A stretch of DNA of 64,000 bases from Bacteroidales bacterium UBA4814 (lineage in GTDB: Bacteria; Bacteroidota; Bacteroidia; Bacteroidales; UBA7960): positions 39,027-103,026 of the forward strand of contig DHFW01000002.1 in the NCBI GenBank assembly GCA_002402465.1, in the 5' to 3' direction. The translations under genes were made by a program, and so were the position numbers. The first letter of the stretch is position 1. Each line of letters opens with the position of its first letter. The notes below the pieces were generated by a model. That model saw nothing but the letters and a program-made list of their open reading frames with translations. It ran no database searches and was not told where the DNA came from. Positions 1-7,756 of the stretch are shown piece after piece.

Positions 1-42
1 TCTGTATATTCCTGAAAAGCAAACCAAATAAAAATCCATATT

Positions 43-1242
43 ATGAGCAAAGTACTGATTATTGGAGCTGGTGGGGTAGGCAACGTGGTAACCCGCAAAT
101 GTGCTGCCGTGCCGGAGGTGTTTACCGACATTATGCTGGCCAGCCGCACCCTTGAGAAATGCGACCAGATAGCCCGCGACATTGGCGACGACCGGGTGAA
201 GACCGCGCAAGTGGATGCCGATAACGTGCCCGAGCTGGTGGAACTGATCAACAAGTTTAAGCCCGATATGGTTATCAACGTGGCTTTGCCATACCAGGAC
301 CTCACCATCATGGAGGCCTGCCTCGAAACCAAGACCCATTACCTGGACACCGCCAACTATGAACCCAAAGATGTGGCCAAGTTTGAATACAGCTGGCAGT
401 GGGCTTACCACGACCGGTTTAAAGATGCCGGACTGCTGGCCATTTTGGGTTGTGGCTTCGATCCCGGTGTTACCGGCGTTTTCACCGCCTATGCCGCCAA
501 GCATTACTTCGACGAGATTCACTACCTCGATATTGTGGATTGCAACGCCGGCGACCACGGAAAGGCCTTTGCCACCAACTTCAATCCCGAAATAAACATA
601 CGCGAGATTACCCAAAACGGCCGCTATTGGGAAAACGGAAAGTGGGTGGAAACCAAACCCCTGGAAATCAACAAGCCCATCGAATATCCCGAAATAGGAC
701 CACGCGATTCCTACCTGCTTTATCATGAAGAGCTGGAGTCGTTGGTGAGGCACTTCCCCACCATTAAAAGGGCACGCTTCTGGATGACTTTTGGCAAGCA
801 ATATATCAACTACCTCAACGTGCTGCAAGAGGTGGGTATGACCAGCATTAAGCCGGTCAATTTCAAGGGCATGGATATTGTGCCCCTCGAATTTTTGAAA
901 GCCGTGCTTCCTGAACCCTCTTCGCTGGGCGAGGGTTACAAGGGTCAGACCTCCATCGGTTGCCAGATTCGTGGCATAAAAGATGGCAAAGAACGCACTT
1001 ATTATGTTTGGAATAATACCGAGCATGCTGCTGCTTACCGCGATGTGAAAGCACAAGGCATCAGTTATACCACCGGTGTTCCGGCTATGATCGGCGCCAT
1101 GATGGGCCTCACCGGAAAATGGACCGGCAAAGGGGTATTCAACGTGGAACAGTTCGATCCTGATCCGTTTATGGAAGCCCTGCCGAAGTACGGACTGCCC
1201 TGGCACGAGCAAATTGATGAGCCACTACCCGTGGAAAAATAA
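43..1242 (+). CDS. carboxynorspermidine synthase/dehydrogenase (saccharopine dehydrogenase family)
   Basis: 399-aa ORF with ATG at 43. N-terminal Rossmann motif IIGAGGVGNVV and saccharopine-dehydrogenase-like sequence. Paired with carboxynorspermidine decarboxylase downstream, as in the alternative (nor)spermidine pathway. Confidence 0.8.
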   Translation: MSKVLIIGAGGVGNVVTRKCAAVPEVFTDIMLASRTLEKCDQIARDIGDDRVKTAQVDADNVPELVELINKFKPDMVINVALPYQDLTIMEACLETKTHYLDTANYEPKDVAKFEYSWQWAYHDRFKDAGLLAILGCGFDPGVTGVFTAYAAKHYFDEIHYLDIVDCNAGDHGKAFATNFNPEINIREITQNGRYWENGKWVETKPLEINKPIEYPEIGPRDSYLLYHEELESLVRHFPTIKRARFWMTFGKQYINYLNVLQEVGMTSIKPVNFKGMDIVPLEFLKAVLPEPSSLGEGYKGQTSIGCQIRGIKDGKERTYYVWNNTEHAAAYRDVKAQGISYTTGVPAMIGAMMGLTGKWTGKGVFNVEQFDPDPFMEALPKYGLPWHEQIDEPLPVEK

Positions 1243-1260
1243 GGGTTAGGGATTAGGGGT
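1239..1260. repeat. left arm of the imperfect inverted repeat bracketing the four-helix-bundle cassette
   Basis: ATAAGGGTTAGGGATTAGGGGT overlaps the stop codon of the upstream gene. It can pair with 1704-1726 (21 pairs including 2 G-U, one bulge, one mismatch; hand-aligned). Confidence 0.6.
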
Positions 1261-1323
1261 AAGTGATTAATAATTCATTAGCCCCTTGATTTGTTGTTTC
1301 TTGGTTTTCAAATTTTTGAAAAA

Positions 1324-1690
1324 ATGAAAGCTGGAGTGACAAAAACAAAAAGCCTTGAATTTGCAATCCGTTGTGTGGGTTTGTATCGCTTTCTCATTGA
1401 AAAAAAATGAATTTGTCATTTCAAAACAAATCCTGAGATCAGGTACTTCGATTGGTGCATTGGTGAGAGAAGCTGAATATGCAGAGAGTGGTCTGGATTT
1501 TATCCATAAATTGTCGATTGCACAAAAAGAATGCAACGAAACATTGTATTGGATCGAATTGTTGAATAAAACTGATTTTATTGATAAAAACTTGTTCGAC
1601 AGCCTTAACGATGATGCTGTGGAATTAATGCAACTGCTAACAGCAATTATTGTCAAAAGAAAACAAAACTTAAAGAAAAACAATCCTTAA
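1324..1690 (+). pseudogene. four-helix-bundle protein (23S rRNA intervening-sequence protein family), interrupted by a frameshift in an A8 run
   Basis: ATG 1324 gives MKAGVTKTKSLEFAIRCVGLYRFLIEKK, then TGA at 1408. The family-typical remainder NEFVISKQILRSGTSIGALVREAEYAESGLDFIHKLSIAQKECNETLYWIELL... continues in the +1 frame (track ORF 1355..1690, TTG start). The junction is the homopolymer A(8) at 1400-1407; one A fewer restores a single ORF. Confidence 0.7.
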
Positions 1691-1703
1691 AAAATTAAAA
1701 ATA

Positions 1704-1726
1704 ATCCTTAAACCCTAAACCCTTAT
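1704..1726. repeat. right arm of the imperfect inverted repeat bracketing the four-helix-bundle cassette
   Basis: ATCCTTAAACCCTAAACCCTTAT is complementary to 1239-1260 and ends 12 nt before the nspC ATG. AATCCTTAA also occurs at 1682-1690 and 1703-1711. Confidence 0.6.
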
Positions 1727-1737
1727 CACTAAAGAAA

Positions 1738-2889
1738 ATGAGCGTTGACTTTAACAAGGTTCCTTCTCCCTGTTTCGTGCTTGAAGAAACGCTGCTGCGT
1801 ATCAACCTGGAGATTCTGAAGCTGGTGCAGGAAGAGGCCGGCGTGGAGATTATTTGTGCCCTGAAGGGCTATTCGATGTGGGGTACTTTTCCGCTGCTGG
1901 CCAAATATCTGGAAGGAGCTACGGCCAGCTCGCTCAACGAGGCCCGCCTGATTTACGAGGAGATGGGCGTGAAGGCGCATACCTACTGCCCGGTGTTCCT
2001 GGAGGAGGAGTTCGACGAATTATTGTATTACAGCAGCCACATTTCGTTTAACTCCCTGAGCCAGTTCGAGCGCTTCAAGGACCGGGTGAAGAACCACCAT
2101 GAGCCTGTTTCCATGGGCCTGCGCATCAACCCGGAGTATTCGGAGGTGGAAACCGAGCTTTACAACCCCGCCATGCCCGGCTCACGCTTGGGCATCACTG
2201 CCGACCAGCTTGGCGACACGCTGCCCAAAGGCATTGATGGGCTGCACTTTCATGTGCTTTGCGAAAACGACAGCTTTGTGCTGGAACGCACCCTCGAAAA
2301 AGTGGAAGAGAAGTTCGGCCACCTGATTCGGCAGGCCAAATGGTTCAATATGGGCGGCGGTCACCATATCACCCGTAAGGATTATGATGTGAAACACCTG
2401 GTTTGCCTGCTAACCGAGTTTAAGGAGCGCTATCCCAACCTGCAAACAGTGATTTTGGAGCCCGGTGAAGCCATAGGCTGGCAAACAGGCTACCTGGTTT
2501 CCACCGTGCAGGATGTCATCGAAAACAAGGGCCTCCATATTGCCATGCTTGATGTGAGCTTCTCGGCCCACATGCCCGACTGCCTCGAAATGCCTTACAA
2601 GCCCAGGGTGCTGGGTGCTACCGATGCCATTGAGGGTAAACCCGTGTACCGCCTCGGCGGAGGAACCTGTCTGGCTGGTGATTACATGGGAATGGGAGAC
2701 TACAGCTTCGGCAATGACCTGAAAGTGGGCGACAAGGTGGTGTTTGACGACATGATACACTATACCATGGTCAAATCCACTTTCTTCAACGGGGTGAAGC
2801 ACCCATCCATTGGAATTTGGAAAGCCAACGGCGAATTTGTATTGCTGCGGCAGTTTGGATACGAAGACTACAAGGGAAAATTGTCGTAA
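1738..2889 (+). CDS. nspC: carboxynorspermidine decarboxylase
   Basis: 383-aa ORF. N-terminus PSPCFVLEETLLRINLEIL and the HFHVLCEN / MGGGHH blocks are typical of NspC (fold-type III PLP decarboxylase). Adjacent to the CANSDH-like gene. Confidence 0.88.
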   Translation: MSVDFNKVPSPCFVLEETLLRINLEILKLVQEEAGVEIICALKGYSMWGTFPLLAKYLEGATASSLNEARLIYEEMGVKAHTYCPVFLEEEFDELLYYSSHISFNSLSQFERFKDRVKNHHEPVSMGLRINPEYSEVETELYNPAMPGSRLGITADQLGDTLPKGIDGLHFHVLCENDSFVLERTLEKVEEKFGHLIRQAKWFNMGGGHHITRKDYDVKHLVCLLTEFKERYPNLQTVILEPGEAIGWQTGYLVSTVQDVIENKGLHIAMLDVSFSAHMPDCLEMPYKPRVLGATDAIEGKPVYRLGGGTCLAGDYMGMGDYSFGNDLKVGDKVVFDDMIHYTMVKSTFFNGVKHPSIGIWKANGEFVLLRQFGYEDYKGKLS

Positions 2890-2994
2890 AGCTATTTCAA
2901 GCCACTGGCTTTCATAAACTTAAAATCCGATGCGAAAGTTTCTTTTTCGGGAAGCTCCCGCATCTTTTTGTGAATGGTTTCCTCCCTTAATGTG

Positions 2995-3460
2995 TTATCG
3001 GCAGGCAGACTTGAGAGGGAAAGCTCCACATCTGGTCTTTGCCCAAAATCCTTGACTACTTACTCTCTGTTGGTGGCTCTGTAAGCCCGGCCAGCAGAGC
3101 CAGTTCGTGCCCGGTAAGTATATTACTTTTTCAAACTCGCTCACGCCCCTTTCATAATCCCGCCCAACAAAGGCCATTCGGCGTGCCATGGGGTAGTCAA
3201 CCAGGTTGATCACCAGTTCACCGGTTTAGCGGATGTTGAGTAGGGTATCCTTTTGCTTTCCGTCTCTAACCAGGGTGTTGGCCGAAAAAATCAGCACTGC
3301 TGAGAGCTGTTGAAAACGTTGAAAAAGCTGTAAGGAGCCAAGTTGGGCCGGCTGTTTTGGTCGATGATGCTGACAAAGGCTATGGGCCTGGGTACAATGC
3401 TGCCCAGCATGCAATGGTGCCCCTGCTGCGGCCTCAAACCGGAAGGGAAAAAGTTTTCAT
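2995..3460 (-). pseudogene. decayed flavin reductase-like (FMN-binding split-barrel) gene
   Basis: Hand translation of the minus strand gives family-typical pieces in different frames. MKTF.. comes from ATG 3460. The next pieces are FFPSGLRPQQGHHCMLGSIVPRPIAFVSIIDQNSRPNLAPYSFFNVF..., then SAVLIFSANTLVRDGKQKDTLLNIR followed by an in-frame TAA (3226-3228). After that come TGELVINLVDYPMARRMAFVGRDYERGVSEFEK and, in another frame, LAGLTEPPTESK. That is at least 3 frame changes plus 1 nonsense codon. Confidence 0.6.
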
Positions 3461-3531
3461 GTGGTCTAAAACAAAAGACTAAGCCCCCCTTGCAAAAGCA
3501 AATGGTAGGTTTTGCCTGAATAAACCATTAA

Positions 3532-3798
3532 CTATTCTTCAATATACTTAACGCCTTTTTCTTTCCTGGCTTCCTTTTTGGGTTTGCCAAGGCCGCGCAA
3601 ATATTTAAAAAGCCAACCAGAAAAGAAGCCTATTCCAAAAGTGACCAAAAAAACAATAAAGGACTTTCCTTCAACTTTAATTCCAAAGAAGTTGATGGTA
3701 ACAGACTGCCAGTTCTGAATAATAAAAACGGCAAATAAAACGAAAATAATTCCATAAAGAATCAAGAGGAAGGTACTGGTTTTCTTTTGTTTTTCCAT
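3532..3798 (-). CDS. small membrane protein, LapA-domain/DUF1049-like
   Basis: Two hydrophobic helices (FLLILYGIIFVLFAVFII, FIVFLVTFGIGFFSGWLF) and a basic tail. I prefer ATG 3798 (MEKQKK...) to the longer track start at 3843. Confidence 0.6.
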   Translation of the reverse strand: MEKQKKTSTFLLILYGIIFVLFAVFIIQNWQSVTINFFGIKVEGKSFIVFLVTFGIGFFSGWLFKYLRGLGKPKKEARKEKGVKYIEE

Positions 3799-3851
3799 AA
3801 CAGTCGTATTTTCTCCGAAAGGTATAAAAAAAATTTCATTCAATAAAAAAA

Positions 3852-5096
3852 TCAGCGCAGCAAGTAGGCAATGGTTACGCCCAGGTAGTTTCCAATGGCA
3901 TAGCCAATAATACCAATGGTCATGCCCGATACCACCACCTGGCGGTTGCCAATGGCGCCTGCAATGACCGGCACAAATGCGGGCGAGCAGATAAATGCCG
4001 TGGAGGTGATCATGGTAGTGTCGGCATCGATCTTGAAAATTTTACTGAAGAACATGTGCAGAAACAGCGAGCCGAAAACGGCCAGGGTAACATAGCCAAA
4101 CAGGCCGGGAGTGATGCCTGCAAAGTTGGGCACATCGGCCATGGAAGCCACCACGATGCTGAAGATCAGGATCAGGTACATGCCGGCCTCGAAGGTCTTC
4201 TCGATGCGGTTTATGCCCGGAATAAGCGATGCGATAATTCCCAGGGTAGTGATGGTAAGAATGACCACCACCATTTCGGCGCTTTTTGAAAACAAACTAC
4301 TTAGGCCAACAGCCGCACCAAAAATAATGATGGCGACTCCAAAAGCCTTGAGCAGAGGAAGCAGCGTTTCGCGCCGCAGCGAATGGAAAAAGGGAAGCTT
4401 GACAGTTTCCTCCGTTTGAATATCGGCCTGGGACATTACCGGGAATTTGGGCAAAAATTTATGGAAAGCCCTTTGCCCAACTGAGATCAGGAAAGCCAAA
4501 TAAAACAAGCCCACCACCAGGTCGTAGGTATGGGTAAGAATGTAAATCTCGGGGTCCACGTCAAGGGCCATTTTTATGGAAGCCAGGTTGGGAGTGCCTC
4601 CTGTATATACGCCAGTGAGCATGCCCGCCACCTTCCATAGGTCTTTGGTGCCGCTATCCTTGAAAACGTAGAACCCGGCCACAATTACGGTTACCACCGC
4701 CACAAGGCCAGTAATCAGCGAAACCAGGGTTTTGCCGGCTACTTTTTTCCATTGTTGGATATTGGTGGAGAAAAGCATAAGTGGAATGGCCAGCAAAATG
4801 GTAATGGACATGAGCAGGTCGCGCAGCTTATACACGCGAAATGCCAGCACGTCGCTGGCCGAGAGTTCGCCTCCGGCTTGCATAGCCTCAATCTCGGGCA
4901 GGCTAACTTTGGGTTGCGAAAGCATAACCTCGTTAAGCACAGCCCCCGGGCTGGGAATCAAACCCGTGTTGCCAAGAACCAGCCCAATGAAATAGGCAAT
5001 AATAACTGAACCAATGCGGTCGGCAGTGCGGTAACGGTAGGTCAGAAAGAGGATAAACAGGGGAGTCAAAACATAAAACAACGCCAGTAATACCAT
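3852..5096 (-). CDS. polytopic membrane protein, DUF819 family
   Basis: 414-aa ORF with ATG start and many TM segments. The N-terminus MVLLALFYVLTPLFILFLTYRY... resembles DUF819/YjcL-like proteins. Confidence 0.7.
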   Translation of the reverse strand: MVLLALFYVLTPLFILFLTYRYRTADRIGSVIIAYFIGLVLGNTGLIPSPGAVLNEVMLSQPKVSLPEIEAMQAGGELSASDVLAFRVYKLRDLLMSITILLAIPLMLFSTNIQQWKKVAGKTLVSLITGLVAVVTVIVAGFYVFKDSGTKDLWKVAGMLTGVYTGGTPNLASIKMALDVDPEIYILTHTYDLVVGLFYLAFLISVGQRAFHKFLPKFPVMSQADIQTEETVKLPFFHSLRRETLLPLLKAFGVAIIIFGAAVGLSSLFSKSAEMVVVILTITTLGIIASLIPGINRIEKTFEAGMYLILIFSIVVASMADVPNFAGITPGLFGYVTLAVFGSLFLHMFFSKIFKIDADTTMITSTAFICSPAFVPVIAGAIGNRQVVVSGMTIGIIGYAIGNYLGVTIAYLLR

Positions 5097-5235
5097 CTCC
5101 TTGTTTCTTTCATTTAAGTTTGACTTGGCGAAAATTCTAAAATAAAGGTAAGATTTTTTGAAACATTAAGCTTGCTGCAAAAGCGGCCAGGTAAAATATT
5201 TGGCTTTGAGCCAGTCCAGCCCCCTTATAATTTAG

Positions 5236-5243
5236 TAATTTTG
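5236..5243 (+). promoter_or_regulatory. candidate Bacteroidota -7 box TAATTTTG
   Basis: Matches TAnnTTTG, 40 nt upstream of ATG 5284. There is no well-spaced -33 TTTG. Confidence 0.3.
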
Positions 5244-5283
5244 AAGCCATAAGAAGTTTTACTCAAACCAAAACAATTAAACA

Positions 5284-6918
5284 ATGAAACGATTTTATTT
5301 ACTGGTGCTTTCGGGTTTTCTGGCCATGGGGGCCATTACCGGTTGTGCACCCAAAACCGACGAATACGCAGAAACTATGAAAGCCAATGTGGAAAAATTC
5401 AAAGAAGTTACCCTTACTACTGACTTGTCGTGGCTTAACGAGAACGAGCGCGAAATCATTCGCCTGTTGATGGAAGCCGCCGACATTATGGATGAGATTT
5501 TCTGGATGCAGGCCTATGGCGACAAGCAGGAGCTGCTGGATCAGATCGACAACGAGTATGCCCGTAAGTATGCCATGATTCATTACGGACCATGGGATCG
5601 ACTGGCAGGCAATGCACCTTTTGTGCCTGGTTTTGGCGACAAGCCTTTGGGTGCTAACTTTTACCCCACCGACATGACCAAAGAGGAATTTGATGCATGG
5701 AACGAACCTTCCAAAACCAGCCTTTATACCCTGATTCGGCGCAACGAGGCAGGAAATTTAATTGCAGTTCCTTATTCGCAAGCCTACCGCGAACAGCACG
5801 AAAAAGCCGCAGAACTCATGCGCCAGGCCGCCGAACTGGCCGAAGACGAGGGCCTTAAAAATTACCTGCTGGCCAGGATTGAAGCCCTGCTGACCGACGA
5901 TTACCAGCCCAGCGACTTTGCCTGGATGGCCATGAAAGAAAGTAATATTGATTTTATTGTCGGTCCCATTGAAAACTACGAAGACCGACTGTATGGTTAT
6001 AAAGCCGCCCACGAGGCATTTATCCTGGTAAAAGACCTGGAGTGGAGTGCCCAGCTGGATAAGTTTAATGCCATGCTTCCTGAGCTGCAAAAAGGCCTTC
6101 CTGTGGCTGAAGCCTACAAAGCCGAAACACCGGGCTCTGATTCAGACATCAATGTGTATTATGCCCTCTATTATGCCGGCGATTGCAATGCAGGCAGCAA
6201 AACCATAGCCATTAACCTGCCCAATGACAGCGAGGTGCAGCTCAAGGCAGGCAGCCGCAAGCTACAGTTGAAGAACTCCATGCAGGCAAAATTCGATAAC
6301 ATCCTGGTGCCTATCGCCAATATGCTAATCGACGAGAGCCAGCGCCACCACATCAAGTTCGATGCCTTTTTCGAAAACACCACCTTCCATGAAGTGGCCC
6401 ACGGCATGGGCATTAAAAATACCATCAATGGTCAGGGCCCCATGCGCGAAGCCCTGCGCGAATACTACAGCCCCATTGAAGAAGCCAAGGCCGACATCAT
6501 GGGCCTCTACCTGGTTACCAAACTTTATGAGATGGGCGAGATCACCAGTGGAGAAGTAATGGACAATTACGTAACTTTTTTTGCCGGCATTTTCCGCTCG
6601 AGCCGCTTTGGCGCCAGCAGTGCCCACGGACGGGCCAATATGCTTACGCTGAAGTACTTTGCTGACCGCGAGGCCTTCGTTTATCAGGACAATGGCACCT
6701 ATCTCGTCAACTTTGAACTCATGCGCGATGCCGTGTATTCGCTGCTGGCCGACATTCTTATGGTGCAGGGCGATGGCAACTACGAGGAAGCCAAACGCTG
6801 GGTCGATGCAGATGGCGTAATGACCGAGCAGTTGCACCAGGACCTCGAAATGGTAAATGCCGCCGGTATCCCTGTGGATATCGTGTTTAAGCAGGGCAAA
6901 GACGTGCTCGGATTGTAA
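5284..6918 (+). CDS. zinc metallopeptidase lipoprotein, DPP III (M49)-like
   Basis: Lipoprotein signal LAMGAITGC. HExxH motif FHEVAHGMG followed by EEAKAD, which resembles the second M49 motif EExxAE. Confidence 0.6.
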   Translation: MKRFYLLVLSGFLAMGAITGCAPKTDEYAETMKANVEKFKEVTLTTDLSWLNENEREIIRLLMEAADIMDEIFWMQAYGDKQELLDQIDNEYARKYAMIHYGPWDRLAGNAPFVPGFGDKPLGANFYPTDMTKEEFDAWNEPSKTSLYTLIRRNEAGNLIAVPYSQAYREQHEKAAELMRQAAELAEDEGLKNYLLARIEALLTDDYQPSDFAWMAMKESNIDFIVGPIENYEDRLYGYKAAHEAFILVKDLEWSAQLDKFNAMLPELQKGLPVAEAYKAETPGSDSDINVYYALYYAGDCNAGSKTIAINLPNDSEVQLKAGSRKLQLKNSMQAKFDNILVPIANMLIDESQRHHIKFDAFFENTTFHEVAHGMGIKNTINGQGPMREALREYYSPIEEAKADIMGLYLVTKLYEMGEITSGEVMDNYVTFFAGIFRSSRFGASSAHGRANMLTLKYFADREAFVYQDNGTYLVNFELMRDAVYSLLADILMVQGDGNYEEAKRWVDADGVMTEQLHQDLEMVNAAGIPVDIVFKQGKDVLGL

Positions 6919-6939
6919 GACGATTTGTTTAATACTTGG

Positions 6940-6985
6940 AGGCTGTTCCTTAAAAATGTTTTTCGGAACAGCCTTTTTCTTTTTC
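6940..6985 (+). terminator. rho-independent terminator-like hairpin
   Basis: Perfect 10-bp stem AGGCTGTTCC (6940-6949) / GGAACAGCCT (6965-6974), followed by TTTTTCTTTTTC. It ends 5 nt before the next ATG. Confidence 0.65.
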
Positions 6986-6989
6986 TATT

Positions 6990-7643
6990 ATGAGCAGAGA
7001 ACAAATAATTCGTAAAACGGCAGACTTTGCCAGAAAAACCCTTGCGGGTGATGGCAGCGGACACGACTGGTGGCATGTGTACCGGGTTTGGAAAACTGCT
7101 GTAAGGATAGGAAAGCTAGAGCAGGCCGATCTGTTTGTGGTGGAACTGGCAGCCTTGCTGTACGACATTGCCGACTGGAAGTTTCATGATGGTGATGAAC
7201 ATGCAGGCCCGAAGGCCGCCAGAACCTGGCTTGAAAGATTGAAGGTGGAAGAGGAAATCATTGCTCATGTTTGCGCTATTGTTGCAGGGGTTTCGTTTAA
7301 AGGGGCCGGAGTAACAACACCCATGCAAACCCTTGAAGGCATGGTGGTGCAGGATGCCGACCGCCTCGATGCCCTCGGTGCCATTGGCATTGCCAGGGCT
7401 TTTGCTTACGGCGGCAGCAAGGGGAGGGAGATGCACTCCCCCGATGAGAAACCAGTTCTGCATTCATCTTTCGAAGCATACAAAAAATCAAAAGGGCCCA
7501 CCATTAATCACTTTTACGAAAAGCTCCTTTTGCTTAAAGATCAGATGAATACCCCTGCCGCCAAAGAAATGGCACGGGAGCGGCACCACTATATGGAGCA
7601 GTTCCTTCAAAGATTTTTTGAAGAATGGGATGGTAAATGCTGA
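6990..7643 (+). CDS. HD-domain phosphohydrolase
   Basis: Motifs HDWWHVYRV and QDADRLDALGAIG; 217 aa. Confidence 0.8.
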   Translation: MSREQIIRKTADFARKTLAGDGSGHDWWHVYRVWKTAVRIGKLEQADLFVVELAALLYDIADWKFHDGDEHAGPKAARTWLERLKVEEEIIAHVCAIVAGVSFKGAGVTTPMQTLEGMVVQDADRLDALGAIGIARAFAYGGSKGREMHSPDEKPVLHSSFEAYKKSKGPTINHFYEKLLLLKDQMNTPAAKEMARERHHYMEQFLQRFFEEWDGKC

Positions 7644-7756
7644 GTATTTGAGAAAATTGCCTGTCCTTCTTTATTCAAAAAGCACTATTTTTACGCGTTG
7701 CGTTAAACCCTTTGGCTTCGGCGAAGTCACAATTTAAATAACTTAAACCGGTTTTC

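Noticed and set aside
1243-1259. Telomere-like GGGTTAGGGATTAGGGG (and CCCTAAACCC at 1713-1722) as possible eukaryotic contamination or a G-quadruplex.
   Set aside because: The motif is embedded in contiguous bacterial operon sequence. There are only three G-runs, one too few for an intramolecular G4. The better explanation is the inverted-repeat pairing reported as a finding.
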